Assembly: GCA_963664225.1 (NCBI GenBank)
Contig: OY760937.1
Location: forward strand, 1,376,001 to 1,440,000
DNA length: 64,000 nucleotides
Source of the DNA: Verrucomicrobiia bacterium
Lineage (GTDB): Bacteria; Verrucomicrobiota; Verrucomicrobiia; Limisphaerales; UBA1319
Reading direction: 5' to 3'
This document shows, piece after piece, positions 48,935-59,465 of the stretch. Position numbers and translations under genes: made by a program. Below the pieces are notes generated by a model. The model searched no databases. It worked only from the letters and a program-made list of their open reading frames with translations, and was not told the DNA's origin. The first letter of the stretch is position 1, and every line of letters begins with the position of its first letter.

Positions 48935-50464
48935 CTATTCTTTTACTACAAGGTTGCGGTGCTTCACAAAAACAGAACGCAGGCTTTGAGACATGCCGTC
49001 CTGAAGAGATTGCAGTTCTTGATAAACGGGAACATTTTTTGCGTTTGGCTCCGCAGTCTCAGAGGAATTGAGACGGACGAATTGCTCCGTGATATCCGCA
49101 ATTTCAACCTTCTCACCATGCTGGCGAAGCAGACACCAAAGGGCTTGAAGGGCCGCGCCATAAGCCGCCCCCTCGCTGACTTCGAGCGTCACAACCTGGG
49201 CGTTGAAGACATCGGCCATGATTTGACGCCAGATCTTGGATTTGGCGCCGCCACCCGTTGCGCGAATCTGGGTCGGTTTGACGCCCAGTTCGGCAAGCCT
49301 TCGCAAACCGTAATTCATTCCCAGCGTTACTCCTTCCATGGCGGCGCGCGCGAGATTCCCGGCGTTCATCGTTTTCTGATTCACACCCAGGAAAACACCT
49401 GTGCCTGCCGGAACGTTCGGGGTGCGCTCGCCTTCCAGATAGGGCAGCAAGACGACGCCGTTGGAACCGGGAGCGGTCCTGCCGATGGTGGCATCGAGTT
49501 TCTTGATGTCCCATCCAAAACAATCGCGCACCATTTCGGTGGCCACAGTCACGTTCATCGTGCAAAGCAGCGGCAGCCAGTGATTCGTCGAATCGCAGAA
49601 GGCGGCGATTTCACCTTTGGGATCCACCACCGGTTTGTTCGCGCACGCATAAATGGTTCCGCTGGTTCCAAAGCTGGCTGTGATGACCCCTTCGCTTGTA
49701 TTGCCTGTGCCAATGGCGCCCATCATGTTGTCACCGCCACCCGCGCTGACGAGAATATCAGTGTCCAACCCCAGCGCCTTGGCGGTGGAGGCTTGGAGTT
49801 TGCCCGCCGGCTGATCGCTGGACATGAGCGGAGGCAATTTATCGATCAGATCCGCGTCAATGGTTTTGAGAACGGCTTCGGACCATTTCCGTTTGCGAAC
49901 GTCGAGCAGGGCGGTGCCGCTGGCGTCTCCATATTCCATCACGGCGCGGCCGGTGAGCCAGAAATTCAGATAATCGTGCGGCAGAAGAACCGTCTCCAAC
50001 CGTTTGAAATTCTCCGGTTCGTTCTTTTTCAACCAAAGTATCTTCGAAGCGGTGAACCCCGGCAAAACCGCGTTGCCCAAGGCTTTGACAGCCCCTTTCA
50101 AGCCGCCAAGTTTGGCGGTCATTTCCTCGCATTCCGCAGCCGTGGAGGTGTCGCACCAAAGTTTGGCCGGGCGAATGACTTCACCGCTTTTGTCCAAAGG
50201 CACGAATCCATGCTGTTGGCCGCTTACGCCAATGGCCTTGACTTCGCCAACTGTTGCCTTGGCCGCCTTGAGCGCCTGGCGAATGGCTTTGCTTGTGGCA
50301 TCCCGCCAGGTGTGCGGATGTTGCTCCTTTGCGCCGGGAGGCAGTCCGGGAATGAGGTCGTAGCCTTGTGATGCGGAGGACAGGACACGGCCTTTGACAG
50401 CATCCACGACCAATACTTTTGTGGATTGCGTTCCGCTATCGATACCCAAAATCAATGTTCTCAT
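48935..50464 (-). CDS. xylB: Xylulokinase
   Basis: GIDSGTQSTK, SGQQHG, GGGDN, PYLEGERTP, GGGAKS. Confidence 0.9.
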   Translation of the reverse strand: MRTLILGIDSGTQSTKVLVVDAVKGRVLSSASQGYDLIPGLPPGAKEQHPHTWRDATSKAIRQALKAAKATVGEVKAIGVSGQQHGFVPLDKSGEVIRPAKLWCDTSTAAECEEMTAKLGGLKGAVKALGNAVLPGFTASKILWLKKNEPENFKRLETVLLPHDYLNFWLTGRAVMEYGDASGTALLDVRKRKWSEAVLKTIDADLIDKLPPLMSSDQPAGKLQASTAKALGLDTDILVSAGGGDNMMGAIGTGNTSEGVITASFGTSGTIYACANKPVVDPKGEIAAFCDSTNHWLPLLCTMNVTVATEMVRDCFGWDIKKLDATIGRTAPGSNGVVLLPYLEGERTPNVPAGTGVFLGVNQKTMNAGNLARAAMEGVTLGMNYGLRRLAELGVKPTQIRATGGGAKSKIWRQIMADVFNAQVVTLEVSEGAAYGAALQALWCLLRQHGEKVEIADITEQFVRLNSSETAEPNAKNVPVYQELQSLQDGMSQSLRSVFVKHRNLVVKE

Positions 50465-50691
50465 TTTTATTTCGAACTGAATTCGTGCCAGAGCCTGGCG
50501 GAGCGTTGCTTATCGCCCTTCGAGTTGTTTCCCCGCTTATCCATTTAAAAAATCAGGCCCTCGAATAATAATTTTGCCCACTCAAACGGACACTGTCCAA
50601 CCTATACTCGTTCAATAATTTAAAAAAATGACCCTCGGTTTCGGTGGATTATTTCTTGTTCTCAATGCGAATTATAACCCAAGGTTGATGC

Positions 50692-51531
50692 ATGACGCCG
50701 ATTGAGGAACTTCAGGTGCGCATCCACGGTGATCCGGAATGTCCCGTCCTGGTGTATTTGCCGGGAGTCCATGGCGACTGGACCCTGGTGGCCAGTTTTC
50801 GCGCGGCGGTTTCCGGTCAGGTGCGATTTGTGGAGTTTACTTATCCACGTCAGCCACACTGGTCCCTGGCTGATTACGCGCAAGCCATTGAAACGGCACT
50901 GGCCGACAACGGGATCTCCAAAGTCTGGTTGCTGGGCGAATCCTTCGGCTCCCAGGTTGCATGGGAATTGGCCCGCAGAAATCGTCTTCAAGACCATGTT
51001 CCCGGCGGGCTTGAGATTCAGGGCATCGTTCTGGCGGGGGGCTTTGTTCGGCATCCTTTTATTGCCTCTGTGCGGGTTGCGCACTGGTTTTGGAACGAGA
51101 CGCCATTATGGTTTTTATCCCAGTTTCTGAAGCTATATGCCGCCGCCGCACCATACCGCCATCGTCATGCGCCTGAAACCCTGGCCGATTTGAGCGAGTT
51201 CGTGGCACGTCGCAATGCCGATGACAAAGTTGCCCTGGGCCGGCGCCTGAAATTGATTGCCCAAAACGATCCCCGACCGACCGCACGCGATTTTCACGCA
51301 CCGGTCTATTACCTCTCCGGTGGATTAGATCCCATCGTGCCATGGTTTTTCGTGCGGCGTTGGCTGCGCGCGCAGTGTCCGGGATTTCGTGAGTCAAAAA
51401 TTGTGGCCCGGGCGGACCACAATGTGTTGGGAACCGAGCCGAAGCAATCGGCACGGCATATCCTGGCATGGATCGGCAAGGCGGAGGTTCGCGGGATCAG
51501 CGGAAATCCGCCATCCTCTCCAGTTCCTTGA
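50692..51531 (+). CDS. Alpha/beta hydrolase
   Basis: GESFG nucleophile, GGLDPIV, ADHNV triad candidates. Confidence 0.8.
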   Translation: MTPIEELQVRIHGDPECPVLVYLPGVHGDWTLVASFRAAVSGQVRFVEFTYPRQPHWSLADYAQAIETALADNGISKVWLLGESFGSQVAWELARRNRLQDHVPGGLEIQGIVLAGGFVRHPFIASVRVAHWFWNETPLWFLSQFLKLYAAAAPYRHRHAPETLADLSEFVARRNADDKVALGRRLKLIAQNDPRPTARDFHAPVYYLSGGLDPIVPWFFVRRWLRAQCPGFRESKIVARADHNVLGTEPKQSARHILAWIGKAEVRGISGNPPSSPVP

Positions 51532-52399
51532 CGCGCGCCTCGATTTTTGCCCGGGTGGTTTTGGTGGTCGCATTGAGACCGAAACCTTCGCAGCAAAAAG
51601 ACGCGGTCACAGATCCATAAATCAATGCGCGCCGCAGGTTTTTCTCGGGCGAACCCTTGGCCCCCGCCAGATAACCGATCAGCCCGCCAACGAAGGAATC
51701 TCCAGCGCCTGTGGGGTCGATCACCTTTTTCAACGGAAAGGCCGGGGTCAGGAACAGGCCGTCCGGCCCGGACAGAAATGCGCCGTGTTCGCCCTTTTTG
51801 ATGATGACGTATTTAGGACCCAGCTTGTGGATCTTTGGCGCGGCGGCCACGATGTTATCCTCGCCGACCAATTGCCGCGCTTCGCTGTCATTGAGCACCA
51901 GTGCGTCGATGCGTTTCAACAAGCTCAACAGATCCTTGAGAGCAACGTTCAGCCAAAGATCCATGGTATCGGCGATGACGAATTTGGGCCGATCCATTTG
52001 ATCCAGCACATGATGCTGAAGGGCAGGGGCGATGTTGGCTAAAAGCAGCCAGGGCGTCTTGCGCCAGGCCTTCGGAAGCTCAGGTTTGAAATCGGCAAAC
52101 ACGCCCAACTCCGTCCCCAGTGTTCGGCGGTTGTTCATGTTGACCTCATATTCACCCGACCAGTGAAAGGTCTTGCCCGCGGCGATTTGAAGCCCGGCCA
52201 AGTCGATTCCGTGCTTTTTGTAGAGTTGAATGTAGCGCTTGGGGAAATCCGCGCCCACGATGCCGACCAATTGAACGGGGCTGAAAAAACTCGCGGCCAC
52301 GGCGGCATGGCTGGCGGAGCCACCGAGTAGCAGGGGATTTTCCGCCTTCGGAGTTTTAATGGAATCCAACGCCGTTGATCCGACCACAAGAACGCTCAT
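51497..52399 (-). CDS. PfkB-family carbohydrate kinase
   Basis: LGGSA, KKGEHG, DPTGAGDSF. Confidence 0.9.
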   Translation of the reverse strand: MSVLVVGSTALDSIKTPKAENPLLLGGSASHAAVAASFFSPVQLVGIVGADFPKRYIQLYKKHGIDLAGLQIAAGKTFHWSGEYEVNMNNRRTLGTELGVFADFKPELPKAWRKTPWLLLANIAPALQHHVLDQMDRPKFVIADTMDLWLNVALKDLLSLLKRIDALVLNDSEARQLVGEDNIVAAAPKIHKLGPKYVIIKKGEHGAFLSGPDGLFLTPAFPLKKVIDPTGAGDSFVGGLIGYLAGAKGSPEKNLRRALIYGSVTASFCCEGFGLNATTKTTRAKIEARVKELERMADFR

Positions 52400-52462
52400 G
52401 ATAAATAATTGTTGATTATTAAAATTGCTCCGACGCTTTTTTTGACGTTGTTTTTCGAGACG

Positions 52463-53101
52463 TCAGATTAGGCGACGCTTGAATGACTGACAAGCCCCCG
52501 CAACATCGGTTTCCTTGAGAATGGTTGACACCACGCAAATTCCACGGGCTCCCGCTTCCAGAATCTGGTCCAGATTCGACAAATTGATGCCGCCAATTGC
52601 AAACCATGGAACGGTGATGTTTCGCGCCGCCCATTCCACATATTGGAGCGAAACGGGTTTGGCTTCGGGTTTGGTGGCAGTGGAAAAAACGGGGCCAACG
52701 CCAAGATAATGCGCGCCTGCAGCCATGGCCCGTCGGGCCTGTTCCGGGCTGTGCGAGCTCAGGCCAATGAGGATTGGGTTGCCAGCGGGAACCAGTTCCG
52801 AAACGCTGGTCAGGCCAGCATCGAAAAAGTCTTCCTGTCCCAGATGAAATGCCGGGGCGCCTTTTTGAATGGCCACTGAGTAAAAATCATTAATCACCAG
52901 TCGCACACCCGCCTCCCGGGTAACCGGCAGAATTTGATCGATCAATTCGGCCACCTGATCGGAGGTGGAATTTTTGGCACGCAGTTGAATGAGATCGGAG
53001 CCGCCATCGCAAAGCTGTCGGGCCAGATCGGCGGGTTTGCGGCCGAGCAAATAGGCGGTATCGATGAATGTGTAAAGGCGGCACTCGTTTAGAGGCTTCA
53101 T
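52463..53101 (-). CDS. thiE: Thiamine phosphate synthase
   Basis: IQLRAK, VIND, HLGQED, GPVFSTATK, FAIGGI. Confidence 0.9.
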   Translation of the reverse strand: MKPLNECRLYTFIDTAYLLGRKPADLARQLCDGGSDLIQLRAKNSTSDQVAELIDQILPVTREAGVRLVINDFYSVAIQKGAPAFHLGQEDFFDAGLTSVSELVPAGNPILIGLSSHSPEQARRAMAAGAHYLGVGPVFSTATKPEAKPVSLQYVEWAARNITVPWFAIGGINLSNLDQILEAGARGICVVSTILKETDVAGACQSFKRRLI

Positions 53102-53139
53102 GTGCCGTTAAATACTCATGATTCCAACCCCGGCTTCTA

Positions 53140-54522
<1,383 letters not shown>

Positions 54523-54604
54523 GCAGTAGTTGTGGGATAAATCAGATCAATTGCGGATTTTTGCGCTTTTTAAGACATCTGCCATAGCATGATGAAGCCA
54601 AGAT

Positions 54605-55078
54605 CTAACGGGGTTTGATTTTAAACAATGGCTGACCATACTCCACGGGTTTTGAGTTTTCCACCAGCACCTGTGTTACCACCCCGCTCAATTCCGCCTT
54701 GATTTCGTTCATCACCTTCATGGCCTCAATGATGCAAACAACCGAATCCGCCGTAACCTCCGTTCCCACTTCCACGTAAGGCCCGGCTTCGGGTGTTGGG
54801 CATTTGTAAAAAGTGCCGACCATGGGCGATTTAATCTCAATCTCGTCTGAGACGGTAACGGTGGCCGGTGCGGGCACCTGACCGGCAGAAAGCTGACTGG
54901 GGGGCGGGGCGGAGGCATATCCCAATCCAGACGGAACCTCATCTTGATAGACAGTCACACCGCCACCGTTGGCCACTCGCTTAAGCCGGATCTTGAAATC
55001 CGGTTTTTCGAGTTCCAACTCAGAGACGGCGTTTTTCCTCATCAGATCGATGATGGCTTTTATGTCTTTTAAATCCAC
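54605..55078 (-). CDS. accB: Biotin carboxyl carrier protein
   Basis: SPMVGTFY, EAMKVMNE; GTG start preceded by AGGAG. Confidence 0.95.
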   Translation of the reverse strand: MDLKDIKAIIDLMRKNAVSELELEKPDFKIRLKRVANGGGVTVYQDEVPSGLGYASAPPPSQLSAGQVPAPATVTVSDEIEIKSPMVGTFYKCPTPEAGPYVEVGTEVTADSVVCIIEAMKVMNEIKAELSGVVTQVLVENSKPVEYGQPLFKIKPR

Positions 55079-55197
55079 AGGCCTCTCCTGATTCAAATAT
55101 TTGCGCTGAATTTGTGACTGATAGCGCGTTCGGTTGTTGTAAAAAAAGCAGTCGTCGAACATCGACACTGCTTATCAAATTCTTAATACTGTTAACG

Positions 55198-55226
55198 AGC
55201 CTACGGGAAATTAAAAACCGCGTCAA
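55198..55226 (-). promoter_or_regulatory. Candidate sigma70 promoter for accB-accC-thiE
   Basis: TTGACG-N17-TAGGCT on the minus strand. Confidence 0.45.
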
Positions 55227-55300
55227 GGTGGTAATTACATTCGAATTGACTGGTCAAAAAGGAGGATATTAGGAACGAAATGGACGATTAAAATCCAAAC

Positions 55301-55735
55301 TCAAGGATCCGTTAACGATATTGCAGCGTCAACTGCCAAAAGATAAGATGTCGCTCCAAAACCACAGATTTGGCCCTTGCATACTCCCGCAATCATTGAA
55401 CGATGACGAAATTCTTCCCGCGCGTGAATGTTCGAAAGGTGAATTTCAATTGTTGGAATTCCGATTCCCGCAATGCAGTCCCTCAAGGCAATACTGGTAT
55501 GCGTATATGCTGCTGCGTTTAGCACAATCACATCGAACTGGCCTTGTGCCTGCTGAATCCAGGTGATCAGCTCCCCTTCGAAATTCGACTGACGAAACTC
55601 GACCTTGGCTCTCAAGGACTGCGCGCGCTCGGTGACCAATTGCTCAATCTCAGCAAGCGTCTTTTTCCCATACACAGAGGGTTCGCGCTTGCCGAGAAGA
55701 TTCAAATTTGGTCCATTGAGAAACAAAATCTTCAT
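55301..55735 (-). CDS. aroQ: Type II 3-dehydroquinate dehydratase
   Basis: NGPNLNLLGKREP, QSNFEG, EIHLSNIHAREEFRH. Confidence 0.95.
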   Translation of the reverse strand: MKILFLNGPNLNLLGKREPSVYGKKTLAEIEQLVTERAQSLRAKVEFRQSNFEGELITWIQQAQGQFDVIVLNAAAYTHTSIALRDCIAGIGIPTIEIHLSNIHAREEFRHRSMIAGVCKGQICGFGATSYLLAVDAAISLTDP

Positions 55736-55791
55736 AATTCACTCATAAAGCTAACGGTTAGAGCGAGCTTTGTCGATACCGCAGGCGTTTT

Positions 55792-57246
55792 TCATAATGG
55801 CTTCATTTTCGTGACGGATGCAGGAGCGGCAGAAGTGGCAGTGTCTTCAACCATCCCAACCAGCCAACCCATCAGTGTGAACGCGGTCCACGATAAAGCC
55901 GGAATGAACAGTCCGAATTCGACAAATTCTTGAAGCGACCATGCAATAAGGCCAAGTAAAGCCGCCTTGGCCAAGGGGTTGTGTAAATGGATGCGATAAC
56001 GATATAAATAACGAAATGTGCCAATAATGAAGCTTATATAGAGAATAAACCCAGGAATTCCTGAATCTGAAGCCTGTTCCAGATAATCGTTATGAACCAA
56101 TCTCGCCATTTCGGATTCCGGCGACTTCATCCCGCCATAGGGTACAGAGAAAGTGCCCGGACCGGTCCCTAGCAAAGGGTGTTGCGTGGTAATCATTGCT
56201 GCCGCCCGCCAATAGTCATATCGAGCAGAAACACTGGTAGCCCCTTTCTTGAAGTATGAAGAATAGCGAACACCGAATCCAACCAATCCCCCGGCAAAAA
56301 CCAGGATAATGATCGACCAGCGTAGTTTTTTGCTGAGATTTAGACTGAGTAGGATCCCGACCAGGCAAAACATTGCGATCAACCAGGCCGATTTGGATCC
56401 TGACCAAACAAGGCAAGCGATTCCAGCGTAGGCAATTAATCCAGTAGCCACTCCGCTGATCACATGGCCCCGCGAGCGAGTCAAATGCCAGGTGGCCATC
56501 AAAACCGGGGGCAGGAGCAGGAGCAGAACACCCGCCAAGGCGTTGGGATAGACAAGGGTGGAGTAAATTCGTCCTGTGGAAATGCGTGTCAAAAATTCCT
56601 GCGGCAGGAGTTGCCAGGTCGGCTGCTCATAAATCCATTTTCTGGTGGCCTCCAGACCTCCATAATGCTGGCCAAATGCATACCATAACATGAGGATAAA
56701 ACCTGCAATGACCGGCACAAAGAACCAGTGACGCGCCGGATTGCGGGCCAGGGCAAACCAACCCAGATAAAAACAGGTCAGGCAGGCCGTAAAATGAATG
56801 AGGGTGATGCGGGTCAAACTAAAGTCCACCGTCGAAACACTGGAAATTAATTGCCATCCATACCAGCATAATGGCAACAGCAACAAATACTTGGGAGTGT
56901 GTTTATTTTTAGTTCCAACCAGTAAACCCAAAATGAACACAATGGTCAGCCACCAGAGGCCGTTGGCCAGCGGCCATGGGACAAATAGGTTGTCGAACCA
57001 ACTGGCTTCTCCGGCCGGGGCCGATTGAAATGTGCTTGTGGCCAGATTAGGTTCAACGCCCAACAGGGATTCGGACGACCGCGCAAGCATGTGATCGAGT
57101 ATGACTGGATTCCCCAATTTAAGCAGCGCAATCCCGAGCAAGCCGCCAAAAGCCAGTGCAAAAACGATGTTAAGTGGATGTGGTATGGCTACTTGTGGCG
57201 CATTCAGTATCGCTGCGGGCTTCGTTTTTGATTTGTTGGCGCTCAT
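55792..57246 (-). CDS. O-antigen ligase (Wzy_C) family membrane protein
   Basis: YPNALAG, SGSKS, R..YW, GTGPGTF, HNDYLE. Confidence 0.85.
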   Translation of the reverse strand: MSANKSKTKPAAILNAPQVAIPHPLNIVFALAFGGLLGIALLKLGNPVILDHMLARSSESLLGVEPNLATSTFQSAPAGEASWFDNLFVPWPLANGLWWLTIVFILGLLVGTKNKHTPKYLLLLPLCWYGWQLISSVSTVDFSLTRITLIHFTACLTCFYLGWFALARNPARHWFFVPVIAGFILMLWYAFGQHYGGLEATRKWIYEQPTWQLLPQEFLTRISTGRIYSTLVYPNALAGVLLLLLPPVLMATWHLTRSRGHVISGVATGLIAYAGIACLVWSGSKSAWLIAMFCLVGILLSLNLSKKLRWSIIILVFAGGLVGFGVRYSSYFKKGATSVSARYDYWRAAAMITTQHPLLGTGPGTFSVPYGGMKSPESEMARLVHNDYLEQASDSGIPGFILYISFIIGTFRYLYRYRIHLHNPLAKAALLGLIAWSLQEFVEFGLFIPALSWTAFTLMGWLVGMVEDTATSAAPASVTKMKPL

Positions 57247-57274
57247 TGGACAATGGCTCGTTTTTTTGGAGCGT

Positions 57275-58309
57275 TCAAAGGTGTAGTTTCAAAAGACACA
57301 CTTCCAATGTTAACGCTTCTTGGACATTTGACTCCAATAGTTTTCGCGTTTTATGGACGATATTGATATTGTCTTCCGCGCGTTCAGGATCCAGGTTTTG
57401 GGCCACTGTTCGGGTGATGGCTGCAAACTGGGGGAAACAAAGTCGGGTGTCACTTTGTCCCAGTGTTTCGAGCCAGACGTCGCGGAGCCAGTTTTGAATT
57501 ACGGCGAGCGACTCGGCTCTGCGACGGCGATACTCGGATTCGATGGCGGCGTTGAGTTCTGTTTCCCACTTGTTCCTTAGCGAGGCTTCGACTTCGTCGT
57601 ATTTCTCCAACGGGCTGCTTGCGGACAGGTTCGTTTCTATCTGCCCTTTGATTTCCGAAAAATGGGCGACGAGCACTCCAAGCATTTGATAACGGGTTAG
57701 CAAATTCTTCGTCGGCGTTTGAGCGTATTCGCAGAATAGCTTTAGCCAGGGCTGCTGGGCGATATTCGTGAGTGAAGAGTTTTCCCCCCCGAGATTCAAC
57801 CGCAGGCATCGGGAAAGGATGGTTTCCAATATCCGGCCGGGATCATCGGAAATGAGGATCAAAATGGATTTTTGCGGCGGTTCTTCCAGGGTTTTCAGGA
57901 AGGCATTGGCGGCCTGAGTGTTCAAACGATCCGCGCTGACCAGGATGCCGGCCTTGTAACCGTTTTCCATCGCCTTCAAATGGATGGAGTGCATCAGGTC
58001 CCGCATTTGATCGATGGTGATGATGCGTAGCTTGGACTCGGGCCTGACCCAGGTGATATCCGGGTGATTATCCTGGTCAATACGCCGACACTCGTCACAG
58101 GCATCGCAACAATCCACTGCGGATTGGTTGGGACCCTTCCGCACAGGTTTGCGGCAATTGAGGGTTTTAATCAGATTCCTGGCCAGCGTCGAGGCGTCGT
58201 CAAGGGATGCCCCGGTTAGCAAATAGGCATGAGCTACGCGGCCCCGCTCGAGGCTGCGCTGCAATAAGTCCACCGTTTGCGGGTGGGTATGCATGGCGGC
58301 GAAAGACAT
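57275..58309 (-). CDS. holB: DNA polymerase III delta' subunit
   Basis: AHAYLL, zinc Cys cluster, HPD, AANAFLKTLEEPP, TILSRC. Confidence 0.9.
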   Translation of the reverse strand: MSFAAMHTHPQTVDLLQRSLERGRVAHAYLLTGASLDDASTLARNLIKTLNCRKPVRKGPNQSAVDCCDACDECRRIDQDNHPDITWVRPESKLRIITIDQMRDLMHSIHLKAMENGYKAGILVSADRLNTQAANAFLKTLEEPPQKSILILISDDPGRILETILSRCLRLNLGGENSSLTNIAQQPWLKLFCEYAQTPTKNLLTRYQMLGVLVAHFSEIKGQIETNLSASSPLEKYDEVEASLRNKWETELNAAIESEYRRRRAESLAVIQNWLRDVWLETLGQSDTRLCFPQFAAITRTVAQNLDPERAEDNINIVHKTRKLLESNVQEALTLEVCLLKLHL

Positions 58310-58437
58310 GACGAGATGCACGCTAGTGGAAGGTTCAGGAAAAAACCAACCATTTGTTCAGATCCCGCTCCGTATCAGAGTGAAAGCGGAAACCCGGCAT
58401 TTAAAACTGCCAACGGGCGCGGATCAAGGGAGGCCCA

Positions 58438-59076
58438 TCAACTGACCGAAAGCCCGACCATGGTGGCAACCACGGATACCGTTCCGAATGTGACCAACCC
58501 CAACATGTTGGAAACCAAGGGAATCTGAATCAAGATAATGACGAGGATGAACCCATATTGGCTGATGCGGTAATAGGTTTCATCACGCATTCCGATCAGG
58601 TTTTTGAGCAGATGCGAGCCATCAAGCGGCGGCACGGGAATCATGTTGAAAAAGCAGAGAATCAGGCTCAACACGGCCAGTTGGAAACAGGCATTGGTGA
58701 AGAGTTCGTAGCCGGCGAACTGAAAGATCCGGGCGATAATCAATACCACGACGCCGATGATGAAGTTCATTGCTGGTCCGGCAATGGACACCAGCGTGTC
58801 ATCCCGGCGCCGATGCCGCAGGTTATAGATGTTAACAGGCACGGGTTTGCCCCAGCCAAATGCAAAACTGCTCATGGTTAGCGTGATCAGGGGCAGAATG
58901 ACAGTCCCGATCAAATCCATGTGGGCCAGGGGATTGACGGTAACCCGGCCTTGAAGCTTGGCCGTATCGTCACCGCATTTCCAAGCCACCCAGGCATGTG
59001 CAAACTCATGCAGTGTCAACAGGGGCAGGAGGCAAAAGTATATCACCAACCCGTCCAAAATATGTTTCAAATCCAT
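58438..59076 (-). CDS. Site-2 protease (M50) family
   Basis: HEFAH, AGPAMN, NMIPVPPLDG. Confidence 0.9.
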   Translation of the reverse strand: MDLKHILDGLVIYFCLLPLLTLHEFAHAWVAWKCGDDTAKLQGRVTVNPLAHMDLIGTVILPLITLTMSSFAFGWGKPVPVNIYNLRHRRRDDTLVSIAGPAMNFIIGVVVLIIARIFQFAGYELFTNACFQLAVLSLILCFFNMIPVPPLDGSHLLKNLIGMRDETYYRISQYGFILVIILIQIPLVSNMLGLVTFGTVSVVATMVGLSVS

Positions 59077-59164
59077 CGCGACAAAACTAATGCAGCTTTT
59101 TCCAAAAAACCATTCATTTGTTGAGAAGAGGCGAAAGCTCGGATGCGCAAATGATGCATTTATA

Positions 59165-59336
59165 GGTTGTCGCCGTGCGGTTCAGACAAGGTTCCTCTTG
59201 TTCGAGTCAACTGCAATCGGAAAGCCATCGCCGCTTTTAAAGACCGGCCTTCTTCTTGTTGCTGCCAGACATTGAGACTTCCACATCCATTCATTGCTCG
59301 AGTTGACTATTGTTGTCCTTGAGCAGTTTTCAACTC
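59165..59336 (-). ncRNA. Candidate rod-shaped structured RNA (6S-like or leader)
   Basis: Nested long-range complements (CAAGG/CCTTG, AGTCAACT/AGTTGACT, GCAAT/ATTGC, GGAAG/TTTCC); TTGACA-N17-GAGAAT directly upstream (59339-59367). Confidence 0.35.
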
Positions 59337-59465
59337 GGATTCTCAAGCTCCCCCCCAGGGCTGTCAAACTCCGAGAGTCTCCCGGGCAAGGTAGGGGAGG
59401 GCTTTCAACTAAACGGGGCGCCATGCCTCTGCGCATGGTCGTTCCGTCTGCATATATGGATTGAC

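Noticed and set aside
48959..50371. 470-aa plus-strand ORF opposite xylB
   Set aside because: Antisense shadow of a GC-biased gene; no motifs
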